A DNA stretch of 64,000 nt. Source: Isurus oxyrinchus. Its lineage: Eukaryota. The DNA lies in NCBI GenBank assembly GCA_026770705.1, contig JANJGN010000021.1, forward strand, positions 117,986,001 through 118,050,000, written 5' to 3'. How positions within the stretch are numbered: the first letter of the stretch is position 1; each line of letters opens with the position of its first letter. Shown here piece after piece: positions 50,160 to 60,700 of this stretch. Position numbers and translations under genes: made by a program. Below the pieces are notes generated by a model. It did not search any database and had not been told where the DNA came from. It worked only from the letters and a program-made list of their open reading frames with translations.

Positions 50160-50330
50160 AGTGTCTCTGTGTATGACTGTATGTTGCTTCTAGCAAGCAT
50201 AAATGAGCCACATTACGAGCTGGACTGATTATCTTAAATCGGCTGTTAGTGCAGCTATTGGCGCAGTCGGGATTGCTCAGCAAGTGCTGTCTGATTGTCG
50301 AAGCACATCTAATCCGGTTGAGTACAGTCC
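50160..50330 (-). mobile_element. Penelope-like GIY-YIG endonuclease C-terminal fragment
   Basis: STIRQHLLSNPDCA...FKIISPARNVAHLCLLEATY resembles the GIY-YIG C-terminus of Penelope-like elements (SAI..H...F.I......L..LEA). Confidence 0.7.
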
Positions 50331-50609
50331 GTAGACTGCTCGCCACAGGAACCTGCTTTCCTGTTATTCATATTAGGCAGGGTACCTGTGCGATTCTTAG
50401 GGACCCTCAGTTAAGTGTGCTCACATATAAAACCATCAGTGAGAAGCAGTCGGGCACAGGACAATCTGTATATGAAATCTCTCTTTTCAGTGACAGCACC
50501 AAGGTTCCATTTCAGTGGCCATAGGAATCGGGATTTGGAGCCATTAGCGCTCATTGGGTCAATGCAGAGGCAGTTCTGTGGACTGTGGCTGCTTCAGTGA
50601 GCTGCAGTC

Positions 50610-51045
50610 CTTAAGAAAGAACTTGCATTTACATAGCGCACTTCACAGCCAATGGAGCACTATGGAACAATAGTCACTGCCGTAATTAGGGAAACAGGGC
50701 AGCCAGTTTATGCACAGCAGGATCTCACAAATAGCCATGTGATAAACAAGCTGAGAATCTGGCTCAGGCGTTGGTTGAAGGGTAAATATTGGCCAGGACA
50801 TACCAAGAGAATTTCCCTGCTCCTCGTTCCACAGTGGCTTTGGGATCTTGTCCATCCATTTCAGGGGCAGCTGCCAAAAGGCAGCACCTCTAACAGTGCA
50901 GCACTCCCCTCAGTACAGTACCGCACTGCAGGTACAGAGTCGACCTGGATGAGGAGCTCAAGTCTCCGAAGTGCATCTTGAACTTACGACCTTTTGACCC
51001 AGAGGTGGGAGTGCTGCTTACCAACTGAGCATGACTGACGCCTGA
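50610..51045 (-). mobile_element. SINE (DeuSINE/SacSINE-like)
   Basis: tRNA-like head (GCTCAGTTGGTAAGCAGCACTC...TCGTAAGTTCAAG on the minus strand), GGGAGTGCTGCACTG core, L2-like tail. Confidence 0.6.
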
Positions 51046-51229
51046 AACCATGGAATCGAAGAAGATGCTACTATAGATCCCTATTATCAGCTAACACACA
51101 CACACACACACACACACACAGGGAGATGTAACTCTTCCTGGGCATTTAGAGGCTCGTTAACCGGGTTGAAACAATTTATGCCAATGAGCAATGGTCTGCC
51201 ATTGTTTTTAATCTATCGTGGGCAGCTCA

Positions 51230-53200
51230 TCCCTAATTACCCCTTCAGAAGGTGGTGGTGAGCTGCCTTCTCAAACCGCTGCAGTCCATGTGGTGTAGGT
51301 ACACCCACAGTGCTGTTAGGGAGGGAGTTCCAGGATTTTGTGTATGTGGTGTAGGTACACCCACAGTGCTGTTCGGGAGGGAGTTCCAGGATTTTGTCCA
51401 TGTGGTGTAGGTACACCCACAGTGCTGTTAGGGAGGGAGTTCCAGGATTTTGTCCATGTGGTATAGGTACACCCACAGTGCTGTTAGGGAGGGAGTTCCA
51501 GGATTTTGTCCATGTGGTGTAGGTACACCCACAGTGCTGTTTGGGAGGGAGTTCCAGGATTTTGTCCGTGTGCTGTAGGTACACCCACAGTGCTGTTAGG
51601 GAGGGAGTTCCAGGATTTTGTCCATGTGGTGTAGGTACACCCACAGTGCTGTTAGGGAGGGAGTTCCAGGATTTTGTCAGTGTGGTGTAGGTACACCCAC
51701 AGTGCTGTTAGGGAGCGAGTTGCAGGATTTTGTCCATGTGGTGTAGGTACACCCACAGTGCTGTTAGGGAGGGAGTTCCAGGATTTTGTCCATGTGGTGT
51801 AGGTACACCCACAGTGCTGTTAGGGAGGGAGTTCCAGGATTTTGTCCATGTGGTGTAGGTACACCCACAGAGTTGTTAGGGAGGGAGTTCCAGGATTTTG
51901 TCCGTGTGGTGTAGGTACACCCACAGTGCTGTTAGGGAGGGAGTTCCAGGATTTTGTCCGTGTGGTGTAGGTACACCTACAGTGCTGTTAGGGAGGGAGT
52001 TCCAGGATTTTGTCCGTGTGGTGTAGGTACACCCACAGCGCTGTTAGGGAGGGAGTTCCAGGATTTTGTCCGTGTGGTGTAGGTACACCCATAGTGCTGT
52101 TAGGGAGGGAGTTCCAGGATTTTGTCCATGCGGAGTAGGTACACTCACAGTGCTGTTAGGGAGGGAGTTCCAGGATTTTGTCCGTGTGGTGTAGGTACAC
52201 CCACAGTGCTGTTAGGGAGGGAGTTCCAGGATTTTGTCCATGTGGTGTAGGTACACCCACAGTGCTGTTAGGGAGGGAGTTCCAGGATTTTGTCTGTGTG
52301 GTGTAGGTACACCCACAGTTGCTGTTAGGGAGGGAGTTCCAGGATTTTGTCTGTGTGCTGTAGGTACACCCACAGTGCTGTTAGGGAGGGTGTTCCAGGA
52401 TTTTGTCCATGTGGTGTAGGTCCACCCACAGCGCTGTTAGGGAGGGAGTTCCAGGATTTTGTCCATGTGGTGTAGGTACACCCACAGTGCTGTTAGGGAG
52501 GGACTTCCAGGATTTTGTCCGTGTGGTGTAGGTACACCCACAGTGCTGTTAGGGAGGGAGTTCCAGGATTTTGTCCATGTGGTGTAGGTACACCCACAGT
52601 GCTGTTAGGGAGGGACTTCCAGGATTTTGTCCATGTGGTGTAGGTACACCCACAGTGCTGTTAGGGAGGGAGATCCAGGATTTTGTCCATGTGGTGTAGG
52701 TACACCCACAGTGCTGTTAGGGAGGGAGTTCCAGGATTTTGTCCATGTGGTGTAGGTACACCCACAGTGCTGTTAGGGAGGGAGTTCCAGGATTTTGACC
52801 TAGTGACAGTGAAGGAACGGTGATATATTTCCAAGTCAGGATGGTGAGTGACTTGGAGGGAACGTCCAGGTGGTGATGTTCCCATGTGTCTGCTGCCCTT
52901 GTCCTTCTAGATGGTAGAGGTCACAGGTTTGGAAGGTGCTGTCGAAGGAGCCTTGGTGAGTTGCTGCAGTGCATCTTGTAGATGGTACACACACTGCTGC
53001 TACTGTGTGTCAGTGGTGGAGGGAGTGAATGTTTGTGGATGTGGTGCCAATCAAGCGGGGCTGCTTTGTCCTGGATCGTGTCGAGTTTCTTGAGTGTTGT
53101 GGGAGCTGCATTCATCCAGGCAAGTGGGGAGTATTCCATCTCACTCCTGACTTGTGCCTTGTAGATGGTGGACAGGCTTTGGGGAGTCAGGAGGTGACTC
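51230..53200 (-). mobile_element. LINE (HER1-like) 3' portion with the same internal 56-bp VNTR (51285-52797, about 27 copies)
   Basis: Reverse complement of roughly 28350-30950; [18 protein letters not shown]...; ends [14 protein letters not shown]. Confidence 0.92.
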
Positions 53201-53761
53201 ACCACTGGATTCTCAGCCTCGGAGCTGCTCTTGTATTTTAATGAAGGGTAATTGGCCAGCTTCTAACCCTAGAGGTTGTAACAAGTGTTCCTGACCTATT
53301 GAGCTGTGATGCCTGGTCAGGGAGGGGAATATGCTTCTGCCTGTCTGATGAAGTAAGTATTATGGGTCAGGCAACACATTATCACAGAGTTTGCCTACTT
53401 CTCCTGACTTGATCCCTGTGAGTTAAAGACTCCCCTGGAGTCTGCACACGCACAAATCTCTGATAATTTTACCCCTGGTGCCTCTGATCTGTGCTGGGAC
53501 TGGGCAGGAGGGGGGTGGTGCTGTATGTGGGGGAGAGAGATCTACAATGAGTTAGCAGCTCCCAGCTCGGGATCTGGTATCTTCAATTAGCCTGACTGTC
53601 TTGGGGTAGAGATGAAATAAAATAATCAGTTCGGGTTCCCACTCCTGATCACTGTCCTTGGGAGTGTGAGGATTCTGGGAGCAGGCGGTGGCTGTAGAGT
53701 TAGTACTGGACGAAGCCACTGTCACTCACTGTCGAGGCTTGGACAGGATTAATGACCCCGT

Positions 53762-54450
53762 ACATAAAAAGAGAAAGTGCCGGAAATACTCGACAGGCCT
53801 GGCATTATCGGTGGAGAGAGGAACGGAATAACATTTCCAGTTGATATTTACACTTCTTGGGAACTGAAGGAAGGTAGAAACTCTCCTGCACAGCCACACC
53901 TCCTTCTCCGGCTCTGGCCGATTCCACATGGATTCCAACTGAAGTTCCATCCTTCGTGTTTCGAATCCACCCAGGATTACTGCCACCTCCGAGACATACA
54001 GTGTTCCTCGGGCTGCAGTTCCCTCTGCATCCTGAGACCCACACTCAGCGCCATGTACCACCTCATGTACACACTCAACCTCTCTCTCCAGCAGCACCGA
54101 CTCACCCTATCCCAAAGCTGTGCTAGTCCCCACTTCCATTTCCATTGCTTCACTAAAAAAACATAATCTCTTCCCTTAAGGGTGTTAAGGAATGCAAGCT
54201 CCGACAACTCATCAGTACCAACGTCCCTCTGGATCTTTATTCCCCTTCACTTCTCCCTGACCCCATCCCTTTCTCCTGATCCCACCTCATCACATTTCTA
54301 CCTTCCTTCAGTTCCGAAGAAGAGTTATGTTGGACTTGAAGCATGAACTCAGTTTCTGTCCCCAGCGATACTGCTAGGGCCTGCTGAGATTTTTCCAGCA
54401 CTTTGTTTTTTATTTCAGATTTCCAGCATTCGTGGTATTTTGCTTTTATA
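53762..54450 (+). mobile_element. Penelope-like element remnant with inverted termini
   Basis: Internal peptide IPHGFQLKFHPSCF...ILRPTLSAM...LSLQQHRLTLSQSC; GAACTGAAGGAAGGTAGAAA mirrored by TTTCTACCTTCCTTCAGTTC; right end resembles the GATGCTGC...CCTGCTGAG...TTTCCAGCA terminal family. Confidence 0.65.
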
Positions 54451-54553
54451 ACAATGATTCCCTTCTCCAACAAGGTACACAGAGCAACAACCTTAGGAGA
54501 CACCGGGAGAAAGTGAACAACTGAACTAGAGAAAGCAGGCTTGCAACAAAGAG

Positions 54554-54594
<41 letters not shown>

Positions 54595-54679
54595 TTTAAC
54601 AAAGTAATCGGACAGATAACTGTTGACGTTGCGGGAGGCTCTCCTGTCGCTGGTGTCCTGGATCAGCGACATCACCTTG

Positions 54680-54770
54680 CTACCGTAACTGCCTGTTCCT
54701 GGCTGTACACCTGGGCGGTCCGAGGCTCAGGTACCAGATCTCGTTGTGGCGGTTGAACAATGTCAGAGGC
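54680..54770 (-). CDS. SOUL/HEBP2-like last coding exon (PLTLFNRHNEIWYL...QLR*)
   Basis: Acceptor gtcctgcgtacag|G; contains the NRHNEIW SOUL C-terminal signature; TAG at 54680-54682. Confidence 0.88.
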
Positions 54771-57700
54771 CTGTACGCAGGACATTGCCATCCCGAATAA
54801 ACAAACAAAAGATCAAATAGAATTATTAGTCAGCAGCCTAGACTCCCTCTTCAATTAGTTCAGCAACTTTCCTATCAACCGTGATCTGAGTTCAGAGAAG
54901 TGAGTGGGGAGAGGGATCAGAAATCGACAGCCCTAAGATGGGGTAAGAGCAGGGAATTACCTATACTGTGGACTGGGTGACACCTTCGGTCTGTCTGCAA
55001 GAATGATCCAAACCTCCCTGTCGCTTGCCATTTTAACACTCCACCCTGCTCTCTTGCCCACATGTCTGTCCTTGGCTTGCTGCATTGTTCCAGTGAAGCC
55101 CAACGCAAACTGGAGGAACAACACCTCATCTTCCGACTAGGCACTTTACAGCCTTCCGGACTGAAATAAAAGCAAAAAACTGCGGATGCTGGAAATCCAA
55201 AACAAAAAAAACAGAATTACCTGGAAAAACTCAGCAGGTCTGGCAGCATCGGCGGAGAAGAAAAGAGTTGACGTTTCGAGTCCTCATGACCCTTCAACAG
55301 AACTTTTTCCATCCATTGTTTTATCTCTACCTTTTAGCTTATTTTGATCCCTTCACCCCACACCACCCCCACTAGGGCTATCTGTACCTTCACCCCCACC
55401 CCACCCCCACTAGGGCTATCTGTACCTTCACCCCACCCCACCCCCACTAGGGCTATCTGTACCTTCACCCCACACCACCCCCACTAGGGCTATCTGTACC
55501 TTCACCCCACCCCACCCCCAGTAGGGCTATCTGTACCTTCACCCCCACCCCACCCCCACTAGGGCTACCTGTACCTTCCCCCCACCCCACCCCCACTAGG
55601 ACTATCTGTACCTTCACCCCCACCCCACCCCCACTAGGGCTATCTGTACCTTCACCCCACCCCACCCCCACTAGGGCTATCTGTACCTTCACCCCACCCC
55701 ACCCCCACTAGGGCTATCTGTACCTTCACCCCACCCCACCCCCACCCCCACTAGGGCTATCTGTACCTTCACCCCACCCCACCCCCACTAGGGCTATCTG
55801 TACCTTCACCCCACCCCCACCCACACTAGGTCTATCTGTACCTTGCTCGTCCTGCTTTCTACCCTTAATTAGCACATTCCTTAGATAATATCACCACCTT
55901 CAACACCTCTTTGTCCTTTGTCTGTGACATCTTTTGGTTATCTCCACCAATCACTGGCCCTCCATCCAGTTCTACCTGTTCCACCCCCTTAAACCAGCTT
56001 ATATTTCACCCCTCTTCTATTTTTACTTAGTTCTGTTAAAGGATCATTTGGACTCGAAACGTTAACTGTGTCCCTCTCCGCAGATGCTGCCAGACCTGCT
56101 GAGTTTTTCCAGGTAGTTTTATTTTTCTTCTGGACTGAATATTGAGTTCAACAACTTTAGATCGTGAACTCTCTTCTCCACCATCACCCCCTTTTTTATG
56201 CCCTTTTTTCTAATAATTTATATATTTTTAAATAAATTTTTCTTTTCCCACCTATTTCTATTATTATTTTTAAATGTATTTCCATCCATTGTTTTATCTC
56301 CACCTTTTAGCCGTTTTCAATTCCTTCCCCCTACCCCACCCCCACTAGGGCTATCTGTACCTTCACCCCACCCCACCCCCACTAGGGCTATCTGTACCTT
56401 CACCCCACCCCACCCCCACTAGGGCTATCTGTACCTTCACCCTACCCCACCCCCACTAGGGCTTTCTGTACCTTCCCCCTACCCCACCCCCACTAGGGCT
56501 ATCTGTACCTTCACCCCACCCCACCCCCACTAGGGCTATCTGTACCTTCACCCCACCCCACCCCCACTAGGGCTATCTGTACCTTCACCCCACCCCACCC
56601 CCACTAGGGCTATCTGTACCTTCACCCCACCCCCACTCGGGCTATCTGTACCTTCCCCCTACCCCACCCCCACTAGGGCTATCTGTACCTTCCACCCACC
56701 CCACCCCCACTAGGGCTATCTGTACCTTCACCCCACCCCACCCTCACTAGGGCTATCTGTACCTTCACCCCACCCCACCCCCACTAGGGCTATCTGTACC
56801 TTCACCCCACCCCCACTCGGGCTATCTGTACCTTCCCCCTACCCCACCCCCACTAGGACTATCTGTACCTTCCCCCCACCCCACCCCCACTTGGGCTATC
56901 TGTACCTTCACCCCACCCCACCCCCACTAGGGCTATCTGTACCTTCCCCCCACCCCACCCCCACTAGGGCTATCTGTACCTTCACCCCACCCCACCCCCA
57001 CTAGGGCTATCTGTACCTTCACCCCACCCCACCCCCACTAGGGCTATCTGTACCTTCACCCCACCCCACCCCCACTAGGGCTATCTGTACCTTCACCCCA
57101 CCCCCACTCGGGCTATCTGTACCTTCCCCCTACCCCACCCCCACTAGGGCTATCTGTACCTTCCACCCACCCCACCCCCACTAGGGCTATCTGTACCTTC
57201 ACCCCACCCCCACTCGGGCTATCTGTACCTTCCCCCTACCCCACGCCCACTAGGGCTATCTGTACCTTCCACCCACCCCACCCCCACTAGGGCTATCTGT
57301 ACCTTCACCCCACCCCCACTCGGGCTATCTGTACCTTCCCCCTACCCCACCCCCACTAGGACTATCTGTACCTTCCCCCCACCCCACCCCCACTTGGGCT
57401 ATCTGTACCTTCACCCCACCCCACCCCCACTAGGGCTATCTGTACCTTCCCCCTACCCCACCCCCACTAGGGCTATCTGTACCTTCCACCCACCCCACCC
57501 CCACTAGGGCTATCTGTACCTTCACCCCACCCCCACTCGGGCTATCTGTACCTTCCCCCTACCCCACCCCCACTAGGGCTATCTGTACCTTCCACCCACC
57601 CCACCCCCACTAGGGCTATCTGTACCTTCACCCCACCCCCACTCGGGCTATCTGTACCTTCCCCCTACCCCACCCCCACTAGGACTATCTGTACCTTCCC

Positions 57701-60700
57701 CCCACCCCACCCCCACTTGGGCTATCTGTACCTTCACCCCACCCCACCCCCACTAGGGCTATCTGTACCTTCCCCCCACCCCACCCCCACTAGGGCTATC
57801 TGTACCTTCACCCCACCCCACCCCCACTAGGGCTATCTGTACCTTCACCCCACCCCACCCCCACTAGGGCTATCTGTACCTTCACCCCCACCTCACCCCC
57901 ACTAGGGCTATCTGTACCTTCACCCTACCCCACTCCCACTAGGGCTATCTGTACCTTCACCCCACTCCCACCCCCACTAGGGCTATCTGTACCTTCACCC
58001 CACCCCACCCCCACTAGGGCTATCTGTACATTCACCACACCCCACCCCCACTAGGGCTATCTGTACCTTCCCCCCACCCCACCCTCACTAGGGCTATCTG
58101 TACCTTCACCCCACCCCACCCCCACTAGGGCTATCTGTACCTTCCCCCCACACCACCCCCACTAGGGCTATCTGTAACTTCACCCCACCCCACCCCCACT
58201 AGGTCTATCTGTACCTTCACCCCACCCCACCCCCACTAGGGCTATCTGTACCTTCACCCCACCCCACCCCCACTAGGTCTATCTGTACCTTGCTCATCCT
58301 GCTTTCCACCCTTAATGTCACCACTAGCACATCCTTTAGCTGATATCGCCACCGTCAACACCCCTTGGTCTTTTCGTCTAGTTTTTCCAGCAGTTTTATG
58401 TTTTTGTTTCAGATCCCCAGCGCCCGCAGTATTTGGCTTCTAGCTGTAATGTGGGTAAGGTTGTGCTGCGGTTACAGACTGGATCCAAACGGAACATGAG
58501 CTCAAATCCCACCGGGGCAGTTTGAGAATTTGAAATCAAGATTTTTGTCAAAAAAACAGTAGGAAAATGGCGATTGATGAAAGTGATTTTGTTGAAAGTG
58601 ATTGTGGGATCGTCATTAAAAACCCAGGAGAAAGGAAACTCACCATTCCTCACCCTGGTTGTGTATATAGGTCCTTCCAGCCCCACACAGCCAGCAGGCT
58701 CATCAGCACTCTCCCAGGGTAACTGGGGATGGACAAGTAATGCCAGGCAGTCAGTATCAACCCACCACCCCCCCACCACAAGCCCAGGAACCGATCCTCA
58801 AAGAAATGGTGTTTGACGGTAGTGAGTCTGAACATCCGGGGTGCACCCCCCAACCTGTAATTCATTAGGGTAACTATTTTCTTTTAGGGAGGCTGGGGCG
58901 TGGGGTTATTCGGGAGGTGGGGGGGTTGTCTGGGGGAGGGTTGGGGAAGGGGGCTAGCACCAGGCTATGCCTGAATTAGTCTGTCTACAGAGGGACAGTG
59001 AGAGGGTGTTCACACAGTATGTGTTCCAATATCCTGGCCTGCGCCCCAGATCATGTTCCCATACCCTGTACCCAATCTATTTCCCCATACCCTGTACCCC
59101 AATCTATTTCCCCATACCCTGTACCCCGATCTATTTCCCCATACCCTGTACCCCGATCTATTTCCCCATACCCTGTACCCCGATCTATTTCCCCATACCC
59201 TGTACCCCGATCTATGTCCCCATACCCTGTACCCCGATCTATGTCCCCATACCCTGTACCCCGATCTATGTCCCCATACCCTGTACCCCGATCTATCTCC
59301 TCATACCCTGTACGCCGATCTATGTCCCCATACCCTGTACCCTGATCTATGTCCCCATACCCTGTACCCTGATCTATGTCCCCATACCCTGTACCCTGAT
59401 CCATGTCCCCATACCCTGTACCCTGATCCATGTCCCCATACCCTGTACCCCAATCTATGTCCCCATACCCTGTACCCCAATCTATGTCCCCATACCCTGT
59501 ACCCCGATCTATGTCCCCATACCCTGTACCCCAATCTAAGTCCCCATACCCTGTACCCCGATCTATGTCCCCATACCCTGTACCCCAATCTAAGTCCCCA
59601 TACCCTGTATCCCAATCTAAGTCCCCATACCCTGTACCCCGATCTATGTCCCCATACCCTGTACCCCAATCTAAGTCCCCATACTCTGTACCCCGATCTA
59701 TGTCCCCACAGCCTGTACCCCGATCTATGTCCTCATACCCTGTACCCCGATCTATGTCCCCATGCCCTGTACACCGATCTAAGTCCCCATACACTGTACC
59801 CCGATCTATCTCCTCATACCCTGTACCCCAATCTATCTCCTCATACCCTGTACCCCGATCTATGTCCCCATACCCTGTACCCCGATCTATCTCCTCATAC
59901 CCTGTACCCCGATCTATGTCCCCATACCCTGTACCCCGATCTATGTCCTCATACCCTATACCCCGATCCATGTCCCCATACCCTGTACCCTGATCTATGT
60001 CCCCATACCCTGTACCCCGATCTATGTCCCCATACCCTGTACCCTGATCTATGTCCCCATACCCTGTACCCCGATCTATGTCCCCATACCCTGTACCCCG
60101 ATCTATATCCCCATACCCTGTACCCCAATCTAAGTCCCCATACCCTGTACCCCGATCTATGTCCTCATACCCTGTACCCCGATCTATGTCCCCATACCCT
60201 TTACCCCGATCTATGTCCCCATACCCTGTACCCCGATCTATGTCCCCATACCCATTGTATTCTGCACTGTAGAAGCGATCCTGCAGAAACACATCCCTTT
60301 TACGAAGCAGGTCCTCAAACATGTCCTGTGATTTTTGCCGCAGAGATGTGATCCAGCCTCCAAACGACTTCACGAAGATGGTCATTGGGGGCATCCTTCT
60401 TAAGAATAACTGTAACGGAAAACATAGGGTTTCTTGAACTCTGTCTCTCCCAGGAAGATGTGACCCTACACTGTATCGCTTCTATTTTGGGAGTGTGAAA
60501 AGCTTTGCTCTTCACAGACACCCTTCAAATAAGAACCATTCCCGGCAGCCTGGTCTCTGTCCCAGCACCGGGAATCTAATGACTGCATCTTGGATGAGTA
60601 AGTGTCAACCAAAAGGTGTGGCCTTTCCTGGTGTGTGTGAGAGCCCAGCACAATAGGCCAAGCACTGGGGCTGCCGGGCAGGTAACTGTACCCTCGGAGG

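Larger units (their letters stand above)
54970..58435 (+). mobile_element. Nested Penelope-like elements (GIY-YIG C-terminus and 3' pLTR, with a second copy inserted at 55165-56131)
   Basis: HLRSVCKNDPNLPVACHFN...QRKLEEQHLIFRLGTLQPSGL continues as NIEFNNFR* after the insert; GGACTGAA is duplicated at 55157 and 56132. Confidence 0.8.
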
